From positions 14,034,567 to 14,098,566 of the forward strand of contig CM120644.1 in assembly GCA_051362555.1 (NCBI GenBank): a stretch of 64,000 bases of DNA, given 5' to 3'. The position numbers and the translations under genes are program-made. The DNA comes from Lingula anatina (taxonomy: Eukaryota > Animalia > Brachiopoda). Under the pieces are notes generated by a model. It worked only from the letters and a program-made list of their open reading frames with translations. It ran no database searches and was not told the origin of the DNA. Below, in pieces: positions 36,917 through 51,222 of this stretch (positions are counted from its first letter, which is position 1; every line of letters starts with the position of its first letter).

Positions 36917-39900
36917 CATGTACAATGTATTACTTATGGTAAGTTTTTCTACAGTGCTAGAAACAAAGATGCTTTAACTCATATTATGTATACTTTTACA
37001 TGTACATGTATCTACATAAGAAGACAAGATCTTTTAGCAGAAAATAAAAATGATTGTGCATAGAGACCGTGCAAGAAAGATAGAATGCTGACACATTTTT
37101 TTATAAAGTTTTATATAGCAGGTAGTGTATTTCGTGAATGAAAGTATCAATAACAGAGGTCTTATTTTCATTTTCTCCTGTAACCCGCATAGATAATACA
37201 TTTTAGATGTGTTGATTATGCAGACGAAGTCGTAGACATCAGATTGTCAAAAACGTTGAGAGATTTGCATTGCATTCTTGTAATTCAAATGAAATAGAAT
37301 TAAATTTTAAAAAGTGGTGAAATTTACAAAACGCAATCAACTTGGTCTCACCCGGACCAAGACTGTCTCACCTAACGCAATAATTCGGGGCACTGAAAAA
37401 CTGATTGATTCCACACCAATGAAATTATTCACTCGGCGCCATAGTATCGTGGGAGTAAAATACGAGAACACTTAATTAAGTTCATTCCCTGGTATAATTG
37501 GGTTATGAATTGTAAATTGTGCAAACTATATTTTCTACATGCAAGGGAGTGGGCGGTGGAAAGGGGTATTCGGTTACTGATAAATATGCGCATTTAGTAA
37601 CTTTGCCTTTTGATTGGCATGGCGATGAATATGCTTCAGGTATCCGTTTAACAGTGAAATTCTACTTTTCAGTTATGCTATGCAAAATGCACGAATTAGT
37701 TACTAACCATGTCAATTCTGCCGACATATGAACTTAGGAAATGCAAACTGTGCTATTTAATAGGCGGCATTGAGAACTAACGACGCACGACCCAAAACAA
37801 ATTGACGCAATTGCATGCTAATAATCACCTAAGGGCCCCAGTTTAGTAAATTCTACGGTCTAATTGGATTAATATTATGGTTTGTTCATTGTGGACATTT
37901 TATGTTGGTTCTATGCAATATATGATAGATTTGTGCCTGTGATAGATCTCGAGAGATGCTTTTGGTTTTGAAGCCATGTCACTGAAGAAGCTCATCGTTT
38001 AGCTCAGTCACTGGTGTTATGTTTCCATCGGCGTCGTTTTGCCTATTGATTAGTGGAAAAGATATCTTAAAAATCCTCACAAATGTTGATGAAATTTTCA
38101 GAGTCGACAAAAATTCCAGAGGGTCAATTACAATTTCAACTGCATTAGGATCTTTTCTAAAATGATTTTTATAATTTTCTTTTTACTTGGAGAAGGGCTT
38201 CACACTTGGATTGCTGTATCTAATGCGTTTTGGGGATTATTAAATGCAAAGATAAGCATTTTCCTCTCGAAAAAAAGTAGTTCGGGGAACTGCCAGTGAT
38301 ACGTGCTATTCAACCTATTAAGGTTAAAACACGAAAACTCTCAATTTTAGTCAAGTTATCGAATAGGCACCCGCGTGGCCTTAATTTGGTTTATTCTCTG
38401 GGTTTATTGGATTACGCCTTGTAAACTGTGAAAAGCGTATGGAACAGACATGAAGAATGGGAATCAATATGAAGAGCTCAAAAGTATGGTGGTGTAAATT
38501 TGTCAATACTCATTGACTTTCTCGGCTGAACAAGCTGGTGATTGTCGGATTCTGGGAATAAAGAAAAAAAAAGGGGTTGGTAGGGGATAGGGTAGGTGTA
38601 GGGGGAGGAGCAATGTTTTTGGGGCTTCACACCCCTCGGTCCAGCTTTAAATTATTTTAATGGAGTGCATTAATGATACATTTTGGAGGATTTTGCCGCA
38701 CACAGGTTGGTACCTAAATCAATCTCAAATCTGCATTTTCTTGTTTTGGGAAATGGCAAATCAATATTTTCTCCTGAGGAGGGAGAAGATACGTACAATA
38801 TCTCTAACCCCCCTCCCCCCTCCTCCTCATACCCCCTTGTTGACACCGCCACAAATTATTTGCTTGAAATTATAATGGTACGATTTCGGGGATATTACTA
38901 GCACTTCGGAAGGCCATAAAGCAGTAATTTCCTCTGTTTTGAAAAAGGAATAAAGGCGGAATCCGCCATTCTGTTTATTTTGTTAAAAGGGTGGTGGTGG
39001 TGGTGTGGTGGGGTCCTGTATCCGCTTGCGTCGATTCCCATAAACTCTCTGGATATGAGCAAGCTGATACATGTGTAATTTAATTATATTCGGGTCGTTT
39101 CACAAAAATGACGATCGCGTTTTGTGTAATATTTACATAATTTTGACTAGCCCCATTGTTATTGCTGTTTTATACTACTCGTAATAGCCTCCAATGTGGA
39201 AAGAAATCAACAGTCATCAAACATAGATATCAAGAAAATATTACACAAAATTTGTACGTCACTGACGTGACTCAAGAGCCACTTCTTAAGTAAAATGACC
39301 CTTGTACAAAGCTCGCTTCGTTATTGTCACCAAAAACTTAACAGATTGCTTTTAAAACATTGCCTCTGCATTGCTTTATTCGAGAAACGTCAGTATATTG
39401 TTTAAATAAGTAACTTTGAAGTACACACATGTATATGCGTGTGCTATCGCCAACTTATTTTATTTTATTATTTTAGATGCTTAGAAAAAGACAATAGCAA
39501 AAGCGGCGTTCGTTATTTAGAGTTAAGACAAAATAAAAAATTAATAAAATCAACTAAAAATAAAGAATACGAACTATCCATTTTGCAAATAATTTTAGAA
39601 ATACCGCGGTATATCTGTAATATGCTCCCTTTCTAAAAATTGTTTTCCTAAATAGTGTTACACAGATGTACTGTAAAGTCATTTAATTCGCTTATTCCAA
39701 TTATTATATTTCTGGACTAAATGCCAATGGATAATCTAGCTCGATTTCGACCTTACTGACCTTTAGTGTGTACAAGGAAATGTCTTATTCGAAAATAGGC
39801 TTTTTTTTAAGGACAGATCGGTAAACACATTTCCGTTAGACATACATATATTGATAAAATCGGATGCATGAAAGATTCCCAATGAAAATATATATTAGTT

Positions 39901-40400
39901 GGGTAAAGTTATTTTAAGATATAACGTATTTTATTTTACGCCGTTGTGAATAAAACTTCCGGGAAAAGTGTCCCTTACTTTCTCAGTAATTTACTTTCTT
40001 AGAAATAATGATGACATTCCGACCAATTTTTAACAGCTTGAGACCTACATGTAACCGCCCAATAAATCTCAATTATTCTCAATACGTTGAAATGGTTTCA
40101 AAACAGAGGATATGCTCTTATAAATTAAATGCATTTGCTGTTTGTTTATAGACTGTATACATGCATGTAGTGTTACTGTTACATTTACAAGTGCATGTAT
40201 GATTTATGTCAAACATATATTGGCTTTACCCTGATTGCTGTTGTACATCGGCTTACCATGAAGCTTACAAAAAACCTAAAACACATATATGAACCTGAAA
40301 AGCAAATGTCACGTCCCGAAGACATAAATACTTTTATTAACATCGACATTACTAGGAATGTCTATGAAGTGGCAGTTAAGCACAAGAGAAATACGATTAA

Positions 40401-40710
40401 AGGGATAATAACTCTTCGTTTCGGCCAAAAAATGAATTTTCCTGGAGTAAACAACAATTTTCCCATACTTACCAATGGTTAATGAATCCATTTTTACATT
40501 CAAAGTTAGTCCCTGTTTTTTTTCTCTTAAGAGATTTTAACAGAGTATAGCCATCAGTGGAGGTCACGTGGTCTAAAGACAAGCTCAGATATCAGAATAA
40601 TAGCTATAGCTGCCGTTTTTGTGGTAAAACAGAATATATTATATTTCAATGAGTTTTTCACAATGTTTTTATTGTGAAATATAGATCTCATACGAAGAGT
40701 TATTATCCCT
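40401..40710 (+). mobile_element. 310-bp TTAA-targeting MITE (Kolobok-like)
   Basis: Perfect 19-bp TIR AGGGATAATAACTCTTCGT / ACGAAGAGTTATTATCCCT, flanked by TTAA at 40397-40400 and 40711-40714. Confidence 0.9.
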
Positions 40711-42140
40711 TTAACTTCTACGAAATTGACCTTAGTCCTATCACTACGAGCGCAAAATTTGGACGTGCTTGAAAGTGGCAATTGCAAACCACTGAGGCTT
40801 AAAAGCGTCAATAGACGACAACATAAGTCATCGTATGTAGTCGTGACTACATACGATCTTTCCCTAAAAGGAGGGGGAGGGATGTACATGTACAACCTAA
40901 AGGGAAAAGATAACACATTATTAGATAACATTGTGAGATTTCATTGTGGGATTAAAAAGTTATCATTCAAATGAAAAAGAGGGAAAAAATTGAAGGTAAA
41001 TAAGATAAAGGTATATTTTGTCTGCCGAACTCCCTCCTGGACAGACTTTTGCCAAATCTCCATCGTTCTTTGACAATTTAACAGCGCGGACGAGACAATC
41101 AAAGTTTACACGTGAAAAACTCGTTTAGGGCTCCGTGGTTTTATGTTAAACCTTTTAAAAATTTATTTATTTATTTATTTATTGACGAACTCGACACTGT
41201 GATCTAATTCAAAGCACCTTATACAGAGATGAGATTTTTTTTACTATTGACGTATTTCAGACTTTTTGGGAGCCAAAAATATCATTGGCCTACTACCCTG
41301 CTTACAGACCCCCCCCTCCCCTCCCGGACATAATGACCACCAAAATGTTCCCAATTTAAACATCATAGGACATCATACCACAATATATCTCTTTTTTTTT
41401 CTGGCTCTTTATTCCTGCTGTACGTGTACTCGTAACATATTGTTTACCACAGGACGTTAGGATACTAAAAATAAAACAGATCGCTTATTAGGTTCTATTG
41501 CGTGTACGCACGGGAAAAGATAATGATAAACCCCCTTTCCGACTCACTAGTGATTGAGTTATTTCTGTTTATGGTGTCCCTTGATATCTCTTTAAACGCG
41601 ACGGGCATACGCATGGAACTCTGCTTTTGCTAGTAATATAAATATATATTCTAAGATAGTCGCTGAATCAACGTAAAAAAAAAAATTAGATAAAAAATTA
41701 ATATAAGAAGAAAAGTAATCGGTCAGTCAACCAACCAATCAATCAATAAATCAATCAATATAATTTAAATTATTATAATAAATGTACACAGATTTCATTT
41801 CAATTTCAAACACATGATGAACAAATTCTTCCGCAAAGTCTGAGAACCATAATACTAGCAAAGCTATCAGGGGAAATAATGTAGCCTACTATTAAACCCA
41901 TTGCTTGGGAGGTTCAGCCAACGAAATCGGTCAACACTGCCTTGCGGCTTTGAATCATCTGCGGGGCTGACTTTACATGATGTCAAAACACAAGACCATG
42001 TGGCCAACTATTATGATAAGAAGTTGAAGCACTGCCGCGTGAGATTATTTAAGAATATGCTAGGAAGCAGACTTAAGATTTGGTTGCTGAAGCCTTTGGT
42101 GATTTTTCCAAGTCAAAGAGGAGCCAGTTTGCGAGACAGA

Positions 42141-42221
42141 ATGAGTGAGATTAAAAGACAACAGGAAGAAAATAAACGGCAAGTTACTGAGCGGGAGCTG
42201 AAATTACTGAATCAAAAGATA
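42141..42221 (+). CDS. Probable first coding exon of an unidentified gene with a coiled-coil N-terminus (alternative in-frame ATG at 42057)
   Basis: ATG-initiated purine-rich frame MSEIKRQQEENKRQVTERELKLLNQKI ending at a consensus donor ATA|GTAAGT (phase 0). It is followed by a long CpG-poor region typical of a gene body. Confidence 0.65.
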
Positions 42222-43867
42222 GTAAGTACTGTACATGTTTTATGCGGTGTTTTGTTTGCGTCTCTCTCTCTCTCTCTCTCTCTCTTGTATTTTACCGTAC
42301 ATGCACAACTGTAGAACATATATAACATATCATTTTTACACACTAATATGCAGTGTAACTATATACATCAACACTATATGCAGGCGTGCATGTGTTGTAG
42401 AAATGCATGTTTCTCTAAATAAACAGTGCATTTACATGCAAGTCTTAACATGTGTACAGACAGAGAATATTCCCAGTACATGCAACTTAATTGTATTGAA
42501 CCATGCAGTGTATAAATATAGAAGTCATAATGGTCTGCATGAGTTACGAGAAATTTCATAGAGAGAGCAGACATTAATTGACATCATTTCTCGCGATAAT
42601 CTTTGGTTATTACTTTAACTGCCATATTGCAAATTCAATTATGACCAGAGCGAAGGAAGTATTTTTTGGCTTGAATAACTTGATAAAGCATTAGTCTTGT
42701 AAAAAGAAGATAATAAAAAAGTAATCCATTTGATTATTATTTTTGTACATTTAGTAAATTAAGAAAATATATAAATTAGTTATAGCTTGGTGTCAAACAT
42801 TTGACTTTTTCTTAAATATAATTCTACGTGGGCCAGTCCATACATATTTCTCAAATTGAAATTATTCCTACAATTAAAAAAAAAAGAAAGTCCAATTTTG
42901 CTTAAAACAAGAAAAAGATATTATCAGTTGATTCTTCAAAAGCAGGTGCTATAAATATAACTTATGACTAGATACTCATACATGTACTGGTAAGGCCTTC
43001 GCTTTAGCACAGCCAAGACCTTTGCAGCATATTTACCTTGAATGACATTTCCCTAATAGCTTTTTTGTTCTTAAAAGCAAGCACTTTCTTCCCATCAATG
43101 TCGGTGGAAGTATGCCCAGTCAGAATAATTAATCTATAAGAAAAACAATCCCGTGGCATACAAATGGGGTTATGTGTTGAGACAGCTTGTGCTGTGTAAA
43201 TCTACTTGTTTTGCTGTTCGATAAAGGCTGCGGTTGTCTTCATTTGCTGGAATTGATTGTTAACTGGTGGCTTGTGTGTGTGTGTGTGTGTGTGTGCACG
43301 TCTTTGTATGTGTGTGTGTGTGTGTGTGACACAGAGAGAAAGAGAGAGAGAGAGAGAGAAAGCCCGAGATGAAGAGGGGAGGGAGAGAGAGAATGTGCCA
43401 GAGAATGTAATTGAAATTTAGCTAAATCAATTAATCTTGAAGAATATAAGGATGGGAAATTCTTTTCTTTTGAGAGCCAGAGAAAAAAATTTATAACATA
43501 ATAAATTTATTTACGTGTAATTATATGCATAATGGTTGTCTCATTTGTTCTGCTTTCTCTCTCTCTCTCTCGCATTCTCTCGTATCTGTTTGTTTCAAAT
43601 GCAGCTTATGCCCTCATGCATGGGACAAACGTGCATTTGGTTCATCTTATCTTCATTTGCCAACGTTGATTGTTAATTAGTTATTTTTTTCTGTATGCAT
43701 TTTCACAAATTAGAATTTAAATGCAGGTATACACTATATATGTACCTGTGCATATAGGTACAGGTGTACAGCTGTTATATATATACTTCCGTAATAGTAA
43801 CTGATTGCATATTCTAAGCACCAGCAGAAATTAAGCCAGAGAAGTGCAGGGCACTACTGGAACTTAA

Positions 43868-44528
43868 AGCAATAATAACTTCCTTTGAGATTCAAAATTC
43901 TGCTAGAAATACATTGTAAACAAGGCATGGAAATATATTCTATTGCAGTTTACCAGTAAAACGGCCGTTTTTATAGTAAAACTAAAATCTGTGCTTGTCA
44001 GTAGGGCTTTCTATGCCTTTCTTCCCGGTCGTTAAGGCATCCGTTGCCAATGATGTTAGGGTGTCACGTGGATTCTCGCGTTCATACGAGACCAAAATAA
44101 CTTCTGGCGCCAAATGCCTGATGTAATATGCAGATGTAAGTTGTGAGTTTTTGTACAATGCATTGGATAACGAAAAGCCCAGAATAGCACACATTGTAGA
44201 TATAAATGCATTTTGAGCAATAAGATGAATATATCTTATGAATCTTATATTATTGTTATATAATGTTGTTGTTGTCTGCTTTTCCCGTGGTTTTAAGTAG
44301 GTCACCAGAAACTATCGCTCGATATCCCGTAACTATGCAATGTCAGAGAGGGCTCCGTCAGTTAAAATCTCTTGAGAGATTTTAACAAAAAAACAAACGT
44401 TTAGGAAAAAAATCCTGGACTAACTTTGAATGCAGGAATGGGGTCGTTGACCATTGGTAAGTACGGGAAAATTGCCGTTTACTCCAGGAAAATCCAATTT
44501 TTGGCCAAAACGAAGAGCTATTATGACT
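43868..44528 (-). mobile_element. Longer, diverged relative of the TTAA/Kolobok-like MITE
   Basis: 44415-44528 is the reverse complement of 40401-~40512. The left end AGCAATAATAACTTCC is a degenerate TIR, with TTAA on both flanks. A third remnant lies at ~57330-57402. Confidence 0.65.
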
Positions 44529-45188
44529 TTAATCATTTCTGTGCCTCTGAGGGCCTGGGGAGATCACAATATTGGTCCATTGTCCCGTACAATTCTTTAT
44601 TTTAGCATTGACCGAGGCTGACACACAATTCACCCATAAATGTGCATGTACTGCAACCTCTGTGTTAACGAAATTAAAGGACACGGTGTTAGCTTTAAAC
44701 ATGGTTAATGTCCAAATTAAGGAGCTGAAGAATATGAGAGGCTTAGGTTAATTGGTGAATGATTGGTACATGAGACTATAAATATTGATGTACACAAGGT
44801 AAAAGCAGAGTACATTTTCTTATTGGTTTTAACACAAGAAATATGGATGTGTGTTAGAAATGTATATCGCCAGGTGCCAGAATTATATTTTGTTTGGAAT
44901 TTCAACACTTTTTCTCATTCAGCAAGGTCCTCTGCAGCCATATACCCCTGACTCTTGACAAATGATCTGTAAACATATTTTTGAGTTAGGTTTCTGTAAT
45001 TCTGAGTCATTTTGATAATGACTGAGATGAAGACCACAGTCTGAAGAATTCCAATTGTGTAATGGTAGAAATGAGAAAAGAACAGTTGGAAAATGGGTTA
45101 TAATAAAATAATAATAGATTGTAATTTTTACATCAGTTTTGGATAAGGTATACACTGTATTATGATGAAAAATGGAAAGAAATTCGGG

Positions 45189-45192
<4 letters not shown>

Positions 45193-45277
<85 letters not shown>
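45193..45277. repeat. Interrupted (TA)n microsatellite
   Basis: Two (TA)n runs separated by CCTTATCCAA. Confidence 0.95.
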
Positions 45278-45281
<4 letters not shown>

Positions 45282-46143
45282 GATAAGGTATACAGAAATT
45301 ATTTTTCCTTTTTTTGCAAGCTCACTTCCATTCACATTTGAAGTTTTTAAGTACATAACTAAAAATTTGGATGAAATGATCATTGAAGGCATACTAGTAT
45401 ATAATGCTCATTAGGCCAGTGACAAGTCAAAAAAAAGATGAATAAAAGGAATTCCTAGAAATTTCAGCAGTTAAATCACAAGTCGGGAAGGCATTTATTG
45501 GTCTTTCTCAGAAAATAATTGAGTGAAAAAAAGGGAAAAAAGACTGCATGGAACAACCATTAAGAATACATGCTGTTTGACATTTGGTGCATCATTTACT
45601 CTCTCCAGTTATGAGTGAATAATGACAAATGTCACTCCATTTCATTCTATGTGTATTCATTGCTGGAATAGAGTTCTTTTTATTCAAGGGATACGAGTAC
45701 AGAGGGAATAAAAAAGAAAATTGATATGAGTTTATTAATAAAGATGCATGGTTTAGAAAAGTGCCACTGATGGGAAAAACTTCATCCTGGTCTTATTATC
45801 AATATACAAAAAAAAAAAAAAAAAAAAAAAATGATACCAAAGTCTCGAAGATTATGGTCTCTGCTGATGGACAAATTTGCTCCACAAACAAACAAACAAA
45901 CTAGCATGGCAATATACTTGCCAAAATGTTTGTTCTAGTTCTGTTTTTCTGTTAAAAGAGTTTAGGTTTAATATTGCATATAGTTTTGAATTTGGGAAGT
46001 ATATTTTCAAATTCTGAGACCCAACTGTTTGAATGTTGTTTAAGCTGAAAAGATAAATATTCAAGGCATTAGTCTGTTACAATGGAGGATTTACATGCAC
46101 AGTGCACTGTAGTATTGCTGAACTGTAACAGTAGCTGTCAAGT

Positions 46144-46312
46144 CAGGGGCGGATTTAGGCCGTCTTCTGGGTCTTCCGGAAGACGGTCAGATTTTCAAGT
46201 TTACATTGACCGGTATCTTATTTTTTCTGTCGGAAGACGGTCAAAAAATGGAGGATGGATCAACAAAGAAAATGTGGAAGACTGTCAGAAAATATTTCTG
46301 GATCCGCCCCTG
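46144..46312 (+). mobile_element. MITE family M1 copy 3
   Basis: TIR CAGGGGCGGAT/ATCCGCCCCTG; TSD CAAGT on both sides. Confidence 0.9.
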
Positions 46313-49300
46313 CAAGTGACTTAGATTTCCCAAGCCAGTTCCACGTACTGTATTAAAATTAAGTAACTGTGATCCAGCGTTATCATCTGAAAGTCTCACT
46401 TTTCAAATAGAATGCCTGTAATATCCAGCTCTGTCATCTTTGATGTTTTCCAATAGTTCATTAAGTCACGTATCCTATCCTCCTTATTTATCAGTATTTT
46501 CACTTAAAGAGACAAGTCATTTTTCATGCTTCATTTTTGGGAATTGATAACATGTAATATCCCCAAAGTGGAAATTTGGATTAACTTGGTAATTTGTCTG
46601 AAAGTGACAGTTTTGTCTTCAAACCAGACCTATATTTCATCATTCTGTTGCATTGAAAGGTATTTCTCAAAGGCTCTAAAGGTTTTTTTTTTGACGCCTG
46701 TTAGTAAGTACTGCATTTTCAAAATTGGTGATTTGCATTTAATTGATTAATTGCTTATTTTCAAAGCCATAAATTGTTGATTTGTAATGTACTACATGTA
46801 CTAGTACATGTAGCTCATAACAAATCCAAGAAATTTACCATTAGCAAACCACTAAAAGTCTGGATTGGTTTGAATGGAAAGTACCTGGTATGATTCACTT
46901 ACTGCAATACCTTTTCTTTTGTTCAGGTCTTTTTCCAAGAAATTTATGAAGAATGGTAGTTTACTTATCTTTTTTTTCTGAAGTAAAACTATCCTTCAAG
47001 CGCAGTTTTGTGTGACACAAAGGAGAATCTCAAAATGCAAAAATTTATCTTTTAACTGGCCGTCATTTAGTTGTTTTGTTTTGTTGCACCTGACTCATTG
47101 TAGTTGTGTGAATAAAAGTTCATCATCTTTCCCAGAATATTTAAAACCCTCGTTGAATTTTTCTTTCACAGAAATTTGTAAGTGGATGTTTATCTTGCAT
47201 TTCTGAGTAATCCTGTATCAGCATGTTTGTGCAGTACTGGTAGCATTCAATTGAATTCATTGACCCTGATGTCATTACACAAAACTTATTTGTTTTATCA
47301 CTAAATTTTTTAAAAGCAAATCTAGATTAAGCATACACAATATACCAGTTTCAATTTCCACAGATTTAAGAAAAAAATAATGCTAGTAAGATGCATATGG
47401 TGAATAATGTTTTTGTGTATTATAAGGCTGCTCTTTTAAGTGTTTTGAACATGTTCCTAAAATATAATAAAACATATGATCAAATACAGAACAAAACACA
47501 ACACACTGAATAATCAATTAATGTAAAATATAAGATAGAGGTTTCTAAAAAATGAATAACTGAAAATTGTTATTGAGAAGTAATTGACTGACCTTTACTA
47601 ATAAAGTACAGCTTATGAAAGCTTGCAGTAAGGGAGAAAGAAACACATCTGAGGAACACATCTGAAAAATAATTATTGAAATAGTACTATAACTGATCAG
47701 CTGATTTGTATTTAGTAAAGGATATGGTGTATTTAAGAAATGAGTGAATGCATTGTGGGAAAACGAAACACATTTGAGAAAGGGAGAAAAATGTACAACC
47801 TACTCTCAGAGGCACAAATGCATGTGCATGCTCACAAACACACATCGTAAGGGCATGCTCAGCATATTATCAGCAGAACTTTTGATGTAAATATAACAGA
47901 ATACGCACATCCCCCTGTTTTTCGCTTACGAGTCCAGAACTTAAATCTTCTGAATGCTACCTGGTTGTGATTGATTGGTGCTTAAACCAGGCTTCCAAGA
48001 CAACTTCATCTCTCAGCTTTTCTTATATTAGATTGGGATGTGATTTATCCTGCCCTGATATTGCTGAAGTATTAAGGGGAATTTCTTTGATGTTCTTAAT
48101 GGTTGCTTGAGTGAGCAATTTTTTTATGTGAGAAGTGGGGGGCGGAGGGGGGGGGGGTCAAAAGTAAGGGTAAGCAAGGGAATAATTTTTCATGAAGTAT
48201 CTCTCCAACAATGCAGCATAACAAGCCTGTTTAAATCTAGCTGAAATTTCAAGTGTGGGCAAACAGAAATGAAAAGAAGACGGAATGGCCATGTTAAGTG
48301 CAGGTGCTGCAATTTAAATGTATCTTTGACATAACAGCCAAGAAATTGTCATTCTGTCAAATGTGGGAATGGTCTTTGATACTGACTCTCCTTTGCCAGC
48401 ATTTAAAGCAGTCAAGATATACAGGGTATATATGATATGAAAAAATAATTTAAAAAATAATCGCGATGACTTATTGCATTTATAAAGCACATGTAAGTTT
48501 TGGGGGGGGGGGGGGGGGGGTCCATTTTTATCATCATTTTCACAAGTCTAAAAAGAGTTTTTCTCGACCCCCTAATGTCCTTTCTCCCCCCTGCTAAGAG
48601 AACGAGTATAAGCTATAAGTGATGACCTTTGCCAGCACACCCTCAGGGGTAAAGATCATCATTTTACTTATTTTTCCAAAAGTGTACAGAGGGCATCAAC
48701 CCCCCCCCCCCCACCTCTCTCTCTCTCTCTCTCTCCCCCTCCCCCCCCCTCCCCAGTGCACAGTTTATAGATTTGTGAAAATGATGATGAAAATGGATGA
48801 TCCCTTAGTACAGACAAGACTGCCGAGTATGTACCTTGAGAAAAAGGATGAACTAACATTTTTTACATTGATGTATGTAAAACAAATCAGCTCTCCCCCC
48901 TTCCCCCTCTCCCCAAAGTAGCACTGTCAAGTATGATATGTAAATTGAAGATCCTCCTTTAGTGAAATTGCTCATAAATTCAAAGATAATGTCACCGTAG
49001 AGATCAAAACCAGTTTAATCTTTACGTCAACATTTTAGTTTTGACTTGCAATACATAATTGTATTCCCTAACTACATCAATTAATAGCTTGTTTACCCCA
49101 AACCCTTAATGATCTGGGCATTTCAGATCTCTGAACTATACTTGGTTGCATTTAAGGCCAATAAATCCTTCTTTAAAAAAAAGGAAAAAAAAAATTAATC
49201 CCAGATTGATGTTGTGTATCAAGCCCAAGTTATTAGTTTGATTTAAATGTCAGACATATTAGGAGACTTTCCTATGAATTGAAGTAGCCCCTGGGAGCTA

Positions 49301-49498
49301 GAGATGTCTGTTGTGGGTTTTATGATTCAGTCTTGATGACAGGAATGAAAAGAGACAAATTTCTTAACAGGTTCCCTGTTCTTCTCTTGCACTGGATGCG
49401 AGCTGCGTAGGTTTTGGAAAAGTACTGTACAGAAATGTATGCGCTTTCTTGATTTTAGACAGACAGTCTAGCAGACAGAGAACTAAACAAAGAAAAGT

Positions 49499-49695
49499 GC
49501 TCTGACCAAAACATCAGGCCTGCTGCAAATTTGCAGCAATTTTGTTGCCATGTTGCTGCAAACTGCAATTCCCTTTTGCTGCAATATGGCTGCAAATTAG
49601 CAGAAGTAAAATTCTTGTTGCAAACTTGTTGCTGCAAACTAATAGTGTTGCAATATTTAATTATTATTGCTGCAAACCTTTCATTTTTTTAAGGA
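49499..49695. mobile_element. Short, unexpanded relative of the 50620-51222 element
   Basis: AAAACATCAGGCCTGCTGCAAATTTGCAGCAA matches AAAATATCAGGCCTGCCCATAATTTGCAGCAA; same internal motif and AAAC(C/T)TTTCATTTT end. Confidence 0.65.
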
Positions 49696-50619
49696 TGTAC
49701 TTCCAGGGAAAGTTGGGTGATAATTTAGGAAATTAATGTTTGCATCATATTCTTCCCTGCAGACAGGCAGACACAGAGACAGATGGAGAAAAAATATATC
49801 ACACACGAAAAAAAAAAAAAGTAAAGAAATGCCTCTGCATCACATTCTTCACCTTTGTAACTGCCTATTTAACACCTACAGTTGTATTTAAGCAGATAGT
49901 TTAGTCTCTGAAACACGCAACATTTTGTTTCTGAAAAAGACTTCAATACAGGGTATTCATTTTTTGCAGCTGTAGGCCACTGCCCATGTATCTTTTGGAC
50001 TCCGTTTGTAAAATTTGGGGACATCGTTTTCTTTCATATTTTAATGTTTGAATTTTTAAATTTACTCAGTAAGCAGATATTTGAAGGGTATGGAGCCTTA
50101 TACTATATAGGGCAATCTCATCTGACTCAGTAACAAAATGAATTTGGACTCCCTATTTCAAAATGTGGGCTAAATATAGGGCCTATTCAGAACCATGTTG
50201 ATCCCATACTAACTTAGCTAAGGATCAAATATGGCACTACCCACTTCAAAGCATACAGAGATTTAATAGCTCTGCCCCTGCAAGGGTGGCACGCATGGAA
50301 AGCAAAGAATCCATAGTCAAGTGTGAGACATGTTCGATTTGTGGATCAGTTAGTTCGTGGTTCAACTTGGTTCTGAACAGGGTCATAATCCCCTGCTTTG
50401 GTATTAAGTGGCACATTCACAAAGACAGTGCTCACTGAAGGCAGGCCAACAAGCAACCAGAGTCTGTCATATAATGGAGCATCTTTTTCTGTCCACATGC
50501 ATGATTTTTTTCTGTTAAGGGACTGTGTCATATGATCATTTTCCGTTGATGAAGTTACTCCTTCAAACTTTAGATTATATTTGGTGAAAAAGGTAAAAGG
50601 TGAAAATGTGAATTATTAT

Positions 50620-51222
50620 CCCTTTTACAGCAAAATATCAGGCCTGCCCATAATTTGCAGCAAATTTGTGGCAAATTTGCTTCAAACTGCAATTCCTTAT
50701 TGCAAATTGGCAGCTAATTTGCTACAAATTTGCTACAAATTAGCAGCAGTTTAAAATTGTGGCGAATTTGCTGCAAACTGCAATTTGTTATTGCAAATTG
50801 GCAGCTAATTTGCTACAAATTAGCAACAATTTAAAATTACTGCAAATTTGCTGCAAACTGCAATTCCTTTTGGAAATTGGCAGAAAATTTAAAATTGCTG
50901 AAAATTGGCAGCAAATATGCTGCAAATTGGCAGCAATTTAAAATTTTCCTTATTGCTACAAATTTGCTACAAATTAGCAGCAGTTTAAAATTGTGGCGAA
51001 TTTGCTGCAAACTGCAATTTGTTATTGCAAATTGGCAGCTAATTTGCTACAAATTAGCAACAATTTAAAATTACTGCAAATTTGCTGCAAACTGCAATTC
51101 CTTTTGGAAATTGGCAGAAAATTTAAAATTGCTGAAAATTGGCAGCAAATATGCTGCAAATCGGCAGCAATTTAAATTTTTCCTGCAAACTCCTTGCCTC
51201 AAACTTTTCATTTTGCTAAGAG
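50620..51222. repeat. Short-unit tandem array (GCAAATTTGCT/GCAAATTGGCA variants) with a 234-bp higher-order duplication, inside a probable CMC/EnSpm-like element
   Basis: ~11-12-bp motif repeats; the segment from ~50727 recurs 234 bp later (ORFs at 50759 and 50993 are near-identical); ends CCCTTTTACAGCAAAA / TTTTGCTAAGAG. Confidence 0.8.

Noticed and set aside
46927-46955. Possible 29-nt micro-exon (VFFQEIYEE) after a strong acceptor in the giant intron
   Set aside because: The donor (GTAGTT) is weak and inclusion would frameshift exon 59864 into an early stop. It cannot be supported without RNA data.
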